Assembly (NCBI GenBank): GCA_038231435.1
Contig: JBBRLJ010000009.1
Location: 1-64,000 of the forward strand
Direction: 5' to 3'
Source of the DNA: Planctomycetota bacterium
Lineage (GTDB): Bacteria > Planctomycetota > UBA11346
DNA length: 64,000 bases
The notes beneath the pieces are model-generated. The model made no database searches, was not told the origin of the DNA, and saw only the letters and a list, made by a program, of their open reading frames with translations. The position numbers were made by a program, and so were the translations under genes. Below are positions 49,855 through 59,526 of this stretch, in pieces; position 1 is the first letter of the stretch; every line of letters begins with the position of its first letter.

Positions 49855-51768
49855 TCACTTGGCATCATGGGCACCGATGGTGACGCCATGATCGCGCACC
49901 TTCGCCAGCCAACGTTGCCACTCCGCATCCTCGAGTGCGCGGGTGATGGGCATCGTCATGACGCGGTTGCCAGTGGAGCGCGCGTCCCTGCAGTCGAATC
50001 CATCGGCATCCTTGTCGAACCAGAAGTTCGCCGGTTCGGGCGAGCCGCGGGTACCCCACCTGACCCACCCCGAGAGGTTGTCGTGGACGATGTTGTTGGA
50101 GAAACCCATGGGCGCCCGGCGATGGATCCTCGCCAGATCCCACACCGGGAAGGCCGTGTTCTGGGCTCGGATCGGCGTGCCGTCGGGCAGGATGCCGGCG
50201 GAGACCGCGGTGTTCCCCCAGACCTCCTGGTCGTGACCGCCGAACAGGGCGATCGCATGGTTCACGGTGTCCACGAGTTGGTTGTCGTACACCTTGGTGA
50301 AGCCTGGCTGCTGGCCTGAGGCATCGGGCTTCCCTTCGCCCAGGCAGATGCCGCCCCCCTCGTAAACGTCCCGGGCTGGATCGAGCGGATACGCGCCATG
50401 GATGTAGTTGTCGTGGATCAACAAGGGCTGATCGGCGCTGCCGCCGCTCCCCCAGATGTTGATGACGTGCGACACCTGGCTCGTGCGCGGCGCGTTCAGC
50501 ACTTCGTTCCAGGCGATCTCCGCCCCCGCCGCGCGGTCCACGCCATTGAGATTGACGAAATGGGCGGTGGGCTCCTCCTGGATCAGGACCCAGCCCCCCT
50601 TTCCGTCACCGGCGCGTCCGTCGAGATCGCGCACGCGGTTTCGGCGAATGGCGATGCGCGGAACCGCCGCATCCGCGGCTCCATGGATGTCGATGCCAGA
50701 GGTGCCGTCGACCTCGTTGTTCTCGATGATCATGCGCGTGGGCGATTCGGCGTCGACGAAACGACCGGGAGCGCGGCCCGCGACCTCCGGCCGTTCCCCA
50801 ATCGCGTGGCAATCGCGGATGACGACATCGGCTCCACCATCGCACGCGATCAGCCCTCCGGCCCCGCTGAGCCACGAGCCGACGATCACCACCGGCTCAC
50901 GGGTCGCGATGCGCACCGCGGGAATCAGCCGATCGGTCGATCGCCAGGCGCCGCGGTAGTCGCCTCCGGCGGTGATGCGCAGGGGAGGATCGTATGCGGG
51001 CTCGACCGGCAACCCGGTTCCATCGGCACCAGTGACGACCTTGGCCTGGCGATGGGCCGCGACAGGCACGGTCGCGCCATCCGCCAGCCGACGCAGACGG
51101 ACCTGGCCTTCCTCGACGATCAGCCGCGTCGTGGTTCCGTCGTGCTCGAGGCTGAACCGGGTACCGACAACGATGGCCTCGGCGACGGGAGTGGAGATGA
51201 CCAGCCGCTGGCCTTGCCGCTGGTGCGCGGCAACGACCCTGAGCTCTCCGTGCGCCAGGCTGGCGCGCATGCCTTCCGCGGTCGCGGCTATGACCAGGTC
51301 TGTACCCCCTTCCAACGTCACGTCGCTGCCGTCGATCAGCACCACGGTGGCTCGCCCCGCCGCCGGCACGTGGATGCCGTCACCCGATACGAGGTCGAGG
51401 CCGACGGCGGCAACGCGTCCATGCCCGTCGCGCACCATCGATACCTCGCCAACAATGGATTGGAGCCTTCCGGCGTCCGCTGGCGCCCGCCATGTATGGA
51501 CGGACAGGAACACCAGGATGCTGGCCGCGGCCGCGAGCGAGAAGGCCAGTCGCAGCCGCATGTGATGGCGTGGATGTAATCGAGTCCGAGGCACGGTCGC
51601 GAGCGGGCCCAGCGCCGAGGTCAGTGCCTGGTCGAAGCGCAGATCCTCGACGAGATCGGCGACGCGGGCCTTGTCGGCCAGCACGTGTGCCAAGCGCTCG
51701 CCATCGCCAGGCAGCTCTGCTCCGCTGGACCAGCGCTCGAGGAGTTCGGCCGTCTCGGAATCGGTCAT
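49855..51768 (-). CDS. FecR-family anti-sigma factor fused to a right-handed beta-helix domain
   Basis: TM FSLAAAASILVFL, FecR motifs TPVAEAIVVGTRF and VEEGQVRL, then beta-helix repeats (IHDNYIHGAYP, VYDNQLV). Confidence 0.8.
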   Translation of the reverse strand: MTDSETAELLERWSSGAELPGDGERLAHVLADKARVADLVEDLRFDQALTSALGPLATVPRTRLHPRHHMRLRLAFSLAAAASILVFLSVHTWRAPADAGRLQSIVGEVSMVRDGHGRVAAVGLDLVSGDGIHVPAAGRATVVLIDGSDVTLEGGTDLVIAATAEGMRASLAHGELRVVAAHQRQGQRLVISTPVAEAIVVGTRFSLEHDGTTTRLIVEEGQVRLRRLADGATVPVAAHRQAKVVTGADGTGLPVEPAYDPPLRITAGGDYRGAWRSTDRLIPAVRIATREPVVIVGSWLSGAGGLIACDGGADVVIRDCHAIGERPEVAGRAPGRFVDAESPTRMIIENNEVDGTSGIDIHGAADAAVPRIAIRRNRVRDLDGRAGDGKGGWVLIQEEPTAHFVNLNGVDRAAGAEIAWNEVLNAPRTSQVSHVINIWGSGGSADQPLLIHDNYIHGAYPLDPARDVYEGGGICLGEGKPDASGQQPGFTKVYDNQLVDTVNHAIALFGGHDQEVWGNTAVSAGILPDGTPIRAQNTAFPVWDLARIHRRAPMGFSNNIVHDNLSGWVRWGTRGSPEPANFWFDKDADGFDCRDARSTGNRVMTMPITRALEDAEWQRWLAKVRDHGVTIGAHDAK

Positions 51769-52280
51769 TCGCCGCTCGTCCGAAGCAGCCGCTTGGCCAC
51801 GCACTGCTTCAGCGCCTGCCGTATGCGCATCAGGCGCATGTTGAGAGCCTCGAGCGTTACGCCGATGCGCTCCGCGATGGACTGCGCCGGACGGCGATCG
51901 ATGTAGCGCTGCTGGAGCAGCGCTCGGGCCGGCTCGTCGAGCCCCTGCAGGCACTGGCGCAACGCACCGAGGCGCTCGCCGTCATCCGGCGGTTCAGCTT
52001 CGAATCCATCCGCCAGCAGGTCGATGATCTTCTCTCCCGAGGGCCGTTCGCGCCCTTGGCGTTGCCAATGCTTCATGATCGCATGCTTGGCGATGGTCCT
52101 GCAGTAGCCGGCGACGTTCTCGATGCTCCGGCCAGCCGTGATCTGCTGCTCCAGGCGCACCCAGGCCTCTTGGCAGATGTCCTCGGTCAGGTGGGGATCG
52201 TGCGTCAGCGCCAACACGAATGCCGCGAGATCCGGGTGGATCGTCAGGAACGCGGTGGTGACGGGGCAAGAGCTGCTCAC
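51765..52280 (-). CDS. ECF RNA polymerase sigma factor
   Basis: D.HLTEDICQE region 2 and LRQCLQGL...IAERIG...LMRIRQALKQC region 4. Overlaps the FecR start (ATGA). Confidence 0.85.
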   Translation of the reverse strand: MSSSCPVTTAFLTIHPDLAAFVLALTHDPHLTEDICQEAWVRLEQQITAGRSIENVAGYCRTIAKHAIMKHWQRQGRERPSGEKIIDLLADGFEAEPPDDGERLGALRQCLQGLDEPARALLQQRYIDRRPAQSIAERIGVTLEALNMRLMRIRQALKQCVAKRLLRTSGE

Positions 52281-52363
52281 GCAACCCTGATCCTCGGACC
52301 GACGCATCTAACGCAACGCTTCCGGCCGTCCCCCGGATGTGTGTGATACTAAACGCAGGCCAA

Positions 52364-53635
52364 TCAGCGCGCATCCTGCCGCACCAGGGACGCCGCGTAA
52401 CCGCCCCCGCGCCACTCGTCGGGCCAGGTGAGGTGCTCGCCGAGCAGACGCCAGCCCTCGAGGGCGTGGGCGATGCCTTGGTTCTCTTGAGGATTCAACG
52501 AGCAGGTGCTGTAGACCAGGCGCCCTCCCGGAGCCACCAGCGTCGCGGCCGCGCGGATGAGCGCCCGCTGCAGCTTCGCGAGGCTGTCGAGATGCTTGCG
52601 ATCGTAGCGCCAGCGCGCCTCGACCCGCCGGGCGAGCACGCCGCTGTTCGAGCACGGCGCATCGACGAGGACGACATCGAAACCCGCGACCAGCGCCGGC
52701 CGGGTGCCGTCCTGCGCGAGCCTGAGCGGCAAACCCTGGAGCTTGCGCGTCTTCTCGAGCGAGACGTCCGCTGACACTACCCGACAACCCCGATCCACGA
52801 GCGCCAGAGACTTGCCGCCCGGCGCGGCGCAGACATCCAATACCAGATCGCCCGGCCGGGCCGCGCTCAACGCCACCACGTCTCCCTGGGTGCGGTCCTG
52901 GACCACGCAGATGCCGTCGGGGACCGGGCCCCTGAGCGGCTCCTGCGGGTCGTCCCACCAGGTCCAGTCGCCGTCGCGCTTCAGGATGCTGGCGCCTTGG
53001 GGCACGGGCTTGCCGGCGCGCGTGCGCGTGCACAGGTGCGGCACGCGGTTCAGGGCCGCGAACGCGGCTTCACGGCCCAGGCCGCTGGGCACGACCTCGC
53101 GCAGGTCGTCGATGAGCGCCGAGGGCAGGCCAAGCCGCACCGCGAGATCCTCGGGCTGATCACGCGCGGCGAGGCGACCGAGCGGGCCGTCGCAGGTGCG
53201 CTCAGGCGTGCGCAGGTCCGCGAGCCGGCGCGAGACCGCGTTGGCGACCGGCACGAGATGGCGATGCCCGGCCGAGCGCAGCGCCTCGATGGTGTCGTGG
53301 AGCGCCGCGTGTGGCGGCACACGGTCGAGCGCGAACAACTGGTGACAGACCAGGCGCAATGCGGCGCGCAGGACGTCTGGCGGGGATCCGCGCCTGAGGA
53401 ACCTCTCCGCCAGCGCGTCATAGAGACGGCCATGGCGCAGTGCGCCATAGGTGAGCTCGCGGGCGAGGCCGGCATCACGCGGGTCCAGCCCGGCGAGGCG
53501 GTCGAGCCCCTCGTCCAACCGCTCGATCGACGCGGCGTGCCAGTCGACGAGCACCCCCAGCGCCGCTTGTCGCGCGCTGGGAACGGCGCTTCGTCGAGCG
53601 TCAGTGCTGCTGGGCTTTGGTGATCTCGATCTCAT
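52364..53635 (-). CDS. rsmB: 16S rRNA m5C967 methyltransferase RsmB/Sun (NusB-like N-domain)
   Basis: ARELTYGALR, VQD, DVCAAPGGKS, DAPCSNSG, YSTCSL. Start uncertain. Confidence 0.85.
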   Translation of the reverse strand: MRSRSPKPSSTDARRSAVPSARQAALGVLVDWHAASIERLDEGLDRLAGLDPRDAGLARELTYGALRHGRLYDALAERFLRRGSPPDVLRAALRLVCHQLFALDRVPPHAALHDTIEALRSAGHRHLVPVANAVSRRLADLRTPERTCDGPLGRLAARDQPEDLAVRLGLPSALIDDLREVVPSGLGREAAFAALNRVPHLCTRTRAGKPVPQGASILKRDGDWTWWDDPQEPLRGPVPDGICVVQDRTQGDVVALSAARPGDLVLDVCAAPGGKSLALVDRGCRVVSADVSLEKTRKLQGLPLRLAQDGTRPALVAGFDVVLVDAPCSNSGVLARRVEARWRYDRKHLDSLAKLQRALIRAAATLVAPGGRLVYSTCSLNPQENQGIAHALEGWRLLGEHLTWPDEWRGGGYAASLVRQDAR

Positions 53636-54848
53636 CGCGCAAATTGCGATCGAGGGATTGGGTGTCGTAGACCCCATAGGTGGTCATCGCCTGCGACACT
53701 TGGTCGTCGTCCCACCCATGCTCCTTCGCGACCTTCTCGAAACGCTGGCTCGCCGCGCGCATGTCCTGTAGCTTCACTCGAGCGCTGGTGAGCTTCGCCA
53801 GGTCATGAGTCCCGAGCGCCGACCGGGCGGCGGACTTGGCGTCCGCGACCGAGGTCTTGATGCTGGCGCTCACGTCCTCGAAGCCCTTCGGCACGCCCGC
53901 ATTGCTGTGGCCGGTGGTCTTGACGATCAATCCGATGCCGAACACCAGCACGACCAGCAGGCTCATTCCGCTCAGCAACATCATCTGCTGGCTGTTGCCC
54001 TTGGACTTGCGCGAGCGCGCCGCCTTCGAGGCCTTTGAGACCTTCGATGATGAACCGGGCCGGCCCTTGGCGGTGGAGCGCGACGAACCCTCACGCTTGC
54101 GCGATGATGAATCGTTCTGCGGCTTGTCCGAGGCCTCGATGTGATCGGAGACCGCAGTCTCGGATTTCTCGCCGTCGCTTAGGGCATCGTCATCCTTGTT
54201 GCCGCGCCCGAGGGCGTCGCCGACACGGACGCCGCCATCTTCATCGCCGTCGGTATCGGCCCTGGCGTCCGCGGTCGCCTGCTTGGCGTCGAACGGTGAC
54301 ATAGGCTGCACCGCCTGCGCCCCGCTCTCGTCGAGCTTGGGAACGGGCGTCTCCTCGAGATCCTCGTCGTCCTCGTGGGTGGGGCGCTTCGACGGCGTCA
54401 ACGCGGCGAAGCCTGCCGCCGCCGACGAGAGCTCCTGATCCATGACCGCGACTTGGGCGGTGTCATCGGGGGTCTCGTGCGCATCCGGGGGGAAGGGCGC
54501 GCTCGGCAGCACCACCGGGGACACGGGCTGCTGAGGGATGTCCTCGTCCATGGTGCGCACGCGGTCGCGCGCGATGTCGACCGGATGGGACGGGAATGAC
54601 GGCCGGGGCGTGGGATTGGAGCCGATGCCCGACGGCCCGACCGACGACGAGCTGTTGGCCGCTCCCGCTCCAGCCATGGCCGTGGCCTTCTGGGCTTGGT
54701 GCGCATGCTGCGCGCCCCAATCCTTGCCCTTGCCCAGATCCAGGCAGGCGGCGCAAATGACATCGTTACGCCGGCGCATGCCGTGGCCGCTGTGCAGATC
54801 GACATCGGTGACGCGCACGCCACAGACATCGCAGAAGTAGACATTCAT
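53601..54848 (-). CDS. Hypothetical protein: N-terminal CxxC...CxxC zinc finger, disordered linker, one TM
   Basis: YFCDVCG...ICAAC, acidic/Ser-rich linker, TM LLVVLVFGIGLIV. Confidence 0.65.
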   Translation of the reverse strand: MNVYFCDVCGVRVTDVDLHSGHGMRRRNDVICAACLDLGKGKDWGAQHAHQAQKATAMAGAGAANSSSSVGPSGIGSNPTPRPSFPSHPVDIARDRVRTMDEDIPQQPVSPVVLPSAPFPPDAHETPDDTAQVAVMDQELSSAAAGFAALTPSKRPTHEDDEDLEETPVPKLDESGAQAVQPMSPFDAKQATADARADTDGDEDGGVRVGDALGRGNKDDDALSDGEKSETAVSDHIEASDKPQNDSSSRKREGSSRSTAKGRPGSSSKVSKASKAARSRKSKGNSQQMMLLSGMSLLVVLVFGIGLIVKTTGHSNAGVPKGFEDVSASIKTSVADAKSAARSALGTHDLAKLTSARVKLQDMRAASQRFEKVAKEHGWDDDQVSQAMTTYGVYDTQSLDRNLRDEIEITKAQQH

Positions 54849-55031
54849 GCGCGCGATCCTCGGGCCAGGGCCAGCGTACTTGGGGTCCCGCGATCTCTAG
54901 AGGGAAGTGAAAGCGTCGCGTCGCCATTGAGTGACACCCGATCGGTACCCAACCGGCGCGCTCGCCTCGGCTTAAGTGCTCGTAGGAATCCCCGGAGCGG
55001 CTCTCGGCGCTCTCCGCCCAGAATGGTCCCG

Positions 55032-55070
55032 CGGCGACTCGGCTGCGACTCGACGGCGACTCGACGGCGA
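55032..55070. repeat. 11-bp tandem repeat (CGGCGACTCGA) x ~3.5
   Basis: cggcgactcgg ctgcgactcga cggcgactcga cggcga. Confidence 0.55.
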
Positions 55071-55108
55071 AAAGTCCTCGTGGATACGATCCATCCGCCC
55101 CTGTTCGC

Positions 55109-56053
55109 TCAGCGCCCGCGCACCACCCGCTGGGCGTTGAGCGCCAGCAGTTCGAGGGTCAATTCGCCGTGATTGCCGCTCTGGCGCATCTGGCGCTGGG
55201 CGAGGACCATGCCCTGGAGCAGGCGCAGGAGCGTGGCCCGGCCGAGGTCGCGGGCGCGCTTGCGCGCGTAGTAGAGGTTGCCGCGTCCCCGGCCGCCGGC
55301 CCAGGCCACGGCGTCGCCGTCGTCGCTGGTCTCGCAGCAGGCGATCAGCTTGCGGGTTTCTCCAACCAGCGCCGACAAGGCCGGCTGGGGCTCGATACCG
55401 CCGCCCGCATAGATCATGTCGATGGCCTTGCGCGCATTTCCTTCGAGGAAGGCACCGGTGAACTCGTAGATCGGTCGCTCGGCGGTACCGTTGGCGACCG
55501 CGCGGACCGCTGCGACGTCTAGCGGCTGCCCGCCGGCGTAGAGCACCGCCAGGTCCAGGGTCGCGAGCAGGGCATCGGGCTCGGCGCCCACGTGCTCGAC
55601 CAGCTCCTCGGCGACGCTGCTCGGGCGCTCGACCCCCTCAGGGATCGCGGCCAGCCGCGCGCACAGCCACTCGACGATCTCTTTCGGCCCCGGCACGGCG
55701 GCGATGTGCAGCGCCTTCCTCGCGGCGAGCGCCTTGGCCAACTTGTCCTTGGCCTCGAGCCCGGGCACCACCAACACCAGGCAACCGTTGGCGACCTCCT
55801 TGGCGGCCGCGCCGAGCAGCGCTTCCTGGTGCTTGCGCAGGTACTTCTCGTCGGCGCGCAGCACCCACAGCGCCGGCTCCTCGAGGAACGATGGCGTGTC
55901 CAGATCGAGCAGGATGCGTTGAGGGTCTGCTGGCTCGGTCACGCGCTTGACCGGGCCGTTCCAGGCGCCGGTGAGCGTCGCCAGGATCTCATCGCGCAGG
56001 CGGACGCTGTCGCCGACCACCGCGTGCACGCGCGCTTGCGACAGTTCGACCAT
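55109..56053 (-). CDS. holA: DNA polymerase III delta subunit (divergent)
   Basis: Size and layout fit HolA: LDTPSFL, ELVEHVG, IYEFTGAFLEGN..KA, C-terminal LELL. Confidence 0.65.
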   Translation of the reverse strand: MVELSQARVHAVVGDSVRLRDEILATLTGAWNGPVKRVTEPADPQRILLDLDTPSFLEEPALWVLRADEKYLRKHQEALLGAAAKEVANGCLVLVVPGLEAKDKLAKALAARKALHIAAVPGPKEIVEWLCARLAAIPEGVERPSSVAEELVEHVGAEPDALLATLDLAVLYAGGQPLDVAAVRAVANGTAERPIYEFTGAFLEGNARKAIDMIYAGGGIEPQPALSALVGETRKLIACCETSDDGDAVAWAGGRGRGNLYYARKRARDLGRATLLRLLQGMVLAQRQMRQSGNHGELTLELLALNAQRVVRGR

Positions 56054-56106
56054 GCTGGTTTATAGGGTGCGGATCGGAGAGGCAAAGCGCCGTGCGGCCG
56101 AAAAGT

Positions 56107-56826
56107 TCAGAGCTCGAAATGCTCGCCGAGGTACTTCTGGCGGACGATCGGATTCTCGACGATCTCCTTGGGCGTGCCCTCGGCCAGGTTGCTGCCAGCG
56201 TCCATCACGTAGAGCCGGTCGACCATGCTCAGGATCGCCTCGGCATGATGGTCGGTGATCAGCACGGCTACGCCGCGCTTGCGCAGCGCGTGGATGATGC
56301 GCGAGATGTCGGCACGGCTCTTGGGATCCACGCCCGCGAACGGCTCGTCGAAAAAGAGCAGCTTGGGCTCGACCACCAGCGAACGCGTGATCTCCAGCCG
56401 CCGCCGCTCGCCGCCCGAGAGCTGGCGCGCGTAGCTGTTGCGCAGGGACGCGAGCCCCAATTCATCGAGCAGCGCGTCCAATCGGCCGTCGTGCTCGGCG
56501 CGCGGATAGTGCTGCTCGAGGATGATGCGTACGTTGTCGGCGACGGTCAGCTGCGAGAACACCGTCGGTTCCTGGGCCAGGTATCCCATGCCGAGCCGGG
56601 CACGGGCGTACATCGGCAGGCTGGTCACGTCTTCGCCATCGAACTGGATGCTGCCCGCATCTGGGCGCAGCAGGCCGACGACCATGCGGAAGGTCGTACT
56701 CTTGCCGGCCCCATTGACCCCGAGCAAACCGACGATTTCACCGGGTTCCACACGCATGCCGAAGCCCGAGACCACGTAGCGCTGACCGAAGCGCTTCGAC
56801 AGTCCCTCGACGGCGAACAGCGTCAT
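56107..56826 (-). CDS. lptB: LPS export ABC ATPase LptB
   Basis: GVNGAGKSTTF, LPMYARARLGMGYLAQE, LSGGERRRLEI, DEPFAGVDP, ITDH, YLGEHF. Confidence 0.9.
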   Translation of the reverse strand: MTLFAVEGLSKRFGQRYVVSGFGMRVEPGEIVGLLGVNGAGKSTTFRMVVGLLRPDAGSIQFDGEDVTSLPMYARARLGMGYLAQEPTVFSQLTVADNVRIILEQHYPRAEHDGRLDALLDELGLASLRNSYARQLSGGERRRLEITRSLVVEPKLLFFDEPFAGVDPKSRADISRIIHALRKRGVAVLITDHHAEAILSMVDRLYVMDAGSNLAEGTPKEIVENPIVRQKYLGEHFEL

Positions 56827-57052
56827 TGTGGAAAACTCGGGGGGACGGAACGCGCCATCCACCAGTTTCCCTGCTCCAAGGCCAGCCACATATACCCGTT
56901 AACAGGTAGTAAGTGGCTTTGAATACCTGAGATAGCGGGATCTTCACAGACGTTTTTGGCATTGCGAATTGCAGTGGCTAGCTTTGGCATCCATGGTTTC
57001 AACCACGATTTCCCGTGGAAAACCCGCCCAAAATCAGTGATTTCCGCGTTCC

Positions 57053-58657
57053 TCACTTGACGATCCGCCAGCGAGTGAAGGGCATGACCACCGCGAAAGC
57101 CCGACCACGGAGGTTCTCCTCGGGGACCCAGCCCCAGGCGCGGCCATCCCAGCTGTGGGGGCTGTTGTCGCCAAGCATGAGATAGGCCCCCTTGGGCGCG
57201 GTGATGGCGGTCTCTGGGCTGCAGCCCCATTCCGAATTCAGATCCTTCGCCTGGAATTGGTGGCGCACCGAGTCGATGTCCCGGATTCGGCTCTTCAGCT
57301 TGTCACGGAGCTCGGCACCCGAGGCGTTGGCGTAATCGCCTTCCAACTTCTGCCGATCCTGGACCTCGTTTTTGAGGATGTAATTCTTGGTGTAGTGCAC
57401 GTCCCGCTGGATGTGCAGACCTGAGACTGCCAGCGATCCGATTCCGGAGATCGACAAGGCAGCGCGGTTGTTGAAGTCGTTGGGGTCGAGCACCGGGACG
57501 TCGATGCGCGCCAATTCCTTCCCGCCGATGGTGAGCAGGCACTGGCAATCGAGATGGGCCAGCGTGAACGGCTTTCCGACGACCGTCTCCGCTCCCGAGG
57601 CCAGCGGCTTATCCGCCGCGAGCGCGTCCACGCCGATCAGCTGCCAGCCCTCGGAGGACAGCGCCAGGCGGACCCCCTGCTTTTTGCCCTGGCGTAGGAC
57701 CACGCTCGGATGCCCGTCCAACGACGTCACGGTGCCAGCGATGCGCACGTCGCCGACGTACTCGTCCTGCACCGCGTTCAGCCAGTCCTGCCGAGCGACA
57801 GCGCCGTTGTCGATGTCCGCGCTGGTCAGACGTTGGATCTCCCAGTTGTCGAGATCCCAGATGTTGCCGACTACGCCCCGATCGTAGGTGAATTGCGGCT
57901 TGGTCATCGAGACGTCGACGAGGATGCCTTCGCCGCTCGCGGGCAGCTTGCGCACCCGCACCGTGCCCGGCTTGACATACAGGTTCCGGAATGGCTGGGT
58001 GAACGTGACCGCGCCGCCTTCCGTGGTCGAGAAGGCGAGAATCCCGCCTTGGGCGGACACCCCGCAGCTGGTACCGGCGACCCACGGCAGGTAGTCCTTC
58101 TGCTCACCGTGACGATACACGTCCTGCCAGAGCGCCTCCTGGATCGCCGGCGGCTTGCGCGACGGCTGGAAGCTCCCGTCGGGCTGCTTGAGGAAGATAT
58201 CTCCGCCAAAGATGAAGAACGTGTCGCCGGGCAGGATCACGCAACGCTTGACGAAGTTGCGGAACATGAGTGGCCGGATCATCGGGATGTCGAGCCGGTT
58301 ACCGTCAGCATCGACGGCCGGCCGTGCGTCGTTACCCGATTCGATCTCGGGCTGCGGAAACTGGAATACCGTGACGTCCCAGCGGTGGATGCCGCGGAAG
58401 CGGAACAGCAGTTTGTCGACCACGACGTGGTCGCCTTTCAGGAACCCTGGATCGCCATAGAGCATCGGCTCCATCGACGCCGTCGGGATGCGGAACGCCT
58501 CGACGACGAAATGGCGGATCACCATCGCCACCAGGAACGCGAAGATCCAGTTCTCGCAGGTGCGATTGATCCAACGCTGCGCCTCGGGCAGGCTCGCCTC
58601 GAAATCTGGCGCCCTGGCGATCGAGGGCGCGGGGGTCGTAGCTGGTGCATCTACCAT
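57053..58657 (-). CDS. lepB: Signal peptidase I with a large periplasmic insertion
   Basis: IPTASMEP (Ser), NFVKR (Lys), LGDNSPHSWDGR. Confidence 0.88.
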   Translation of the reverse strand: MVDAPATTPAPSIARAPDFEASLPEAQRWINRTCENWIFAFLVAMVIRHFVVEAFRIPTASMEPMLYGDPGFLKGDHVVVDKLLFRFRGIHRWDVTVFQFPQPEIESGNDARPAVDADGNRLDIPMIRPLMFRNFVKRCVILPGDTFFIFGGDIFLKQPDGSFQPSRKPPAIQEALWQDVYRHGEQKDYLPWVAGTSCGVSAQGGILAFSTTEGGAVTFTQPFRNLYVKPGTVRVRKLPASGEGILVDVSMTKPQFTYDRGVVGNIWDLDNWEIQRLTSADIDNGAVARQDWLNAVQDEYVGDVRIAGTVTSLDGHPSVVLRQGKKQGVRLALSSEGWQLIGVDALAADKPLASGAETVVGKPFTLAHLDCQCLLTIGGKELARIDVPVLDPNDFNNRAALSISGIGSLAVSGLHIQRDVHYTKNYILKNEVQDRQKLEGDYANASGAELRDKLKSRIRDIDSVRHQFQAKDLNSEWGCSPETAITAPKGAYLMLGDNSPHSWDGRAWGWVPEENLRGRAFAVVMPFTRWRIVK

Positions 58658-58692
58658 GAAGCGGTCGAGTGTCTCGCCACGGTCGACACTTA

Positions 58693-58731
58693 CAACCCGG
58701 TGGACCAACCTGGTGGACCAACCCGGTGGAC
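58693..58731. repeat. 13-bp tandem repeat (CAACCYGGTGGAC) x3 upstream of lepB
   Basis: caacccggtggac caacctggtggac caacccggtggac. Confidence 0.7.
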
Positions 58732-58772
58732 GCAGCCGTTGCGCTGGCGCGTCCTCGAGCGCCTTCCCCGCC

Positions 58773-59498
58773 TCAGCGTTGCCGCAACGGTGCCACTCCC
58801 AGGTCGCGTTCCTGGCATTCCATCCAGCGCTGCAGCCGCAGGGTGACCCAGGCATCCTGGGCTCGCGAATCCAATCCCGCCGGCGGCCGGATCGGCGTGC
58901 CGAAGCGGATCTCCATCGGCGCGCCCCACAGGCGTGGGACCAGGGCGCCGCGCGGCCAGCAGCGCTCGGTGCGATGCAGGTACACCGGCACGATCGGCAC
59001 GCCCGCCCGTCGCGCGAAGAGCGCGGGGCCATCACGCATGCGCCCGACCCGCCCGTCGCGCGTGCGGGTGCCCTCAGGGAAGACCAGCACTGGTATCCCC
59101 TGGCGCAAACGCTCGACCGCCCCCTTCATGCTGGACAACCCGGGATTGTCGCGTTCGACAGGGATGCCGTACATCACCGCGAGAATCAGCCGGAGGACCG
59201 GATTGCGCCACAGATCGGCGCGCGCGAAATACGACATCGGCTCGCGCTGCCACATGCCCACGAATGGCGGGTCGAAGAAGCTGCGATGGTTGGCCGCGTA
59301 CACGCAGGCGCCTTCGGGCTGCCCCTGGGCCTTGCGCACGCGCACCCGGAAGGTGAACAGCACCAGGGGCCGCAGGATGAGCATGCCCACGGCCTGGATC
59401 ATGCGCGGCAGGTAGGCATGCGGCGCGAAGGGCACGGTAGGGACGTTCGAATCTGGGAGTCGCGAGGCAAGCGCCTGGCCCCCAGCCGCGGTCAGCAC
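58773..59498 (-). CDS. plsC: 1-acyl-sn-glycerol-3-phosphate acyltransferase (PlsC family)
   Basis: NHRSFFD, FPEGTRT, VPIVPV. Start may lie downstream of 59498. Confidence 0.82.
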   Translation of the reverse strand: MLTAAGGQALASRLPDSNVPTVPFAPHAYLPRMIQAVGMLILRPLVLFTFRVRVRKAQGQPEGACVYAANHRSFFDPPFVGMWQREPMSYFARADLWRNPVLRLILAVMYGIPVERDNPGLSSMKGAVERLRQGIPVLVFPEGTRTRDGRVGRMRDGPALFARRAGVPIVPVYLHRTERCWPRGALVPRLWGAPMEIRFGTPIRPPAGLDSRAQDAWVTLRLQRWMECQERDLGVAPLRQR

Positions 59499-59526
59499 CT
59501 CCTGGGTGCTCGACTGGGTGTCCGGG

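Noticed and set aside
56955..56973. TGGCATTGCGAATTGCA as a sigma54 -24/-12 promoter
   Set aside because: GG-to-GC spacing is 11 rather than 10, and it points antisense into lepB.
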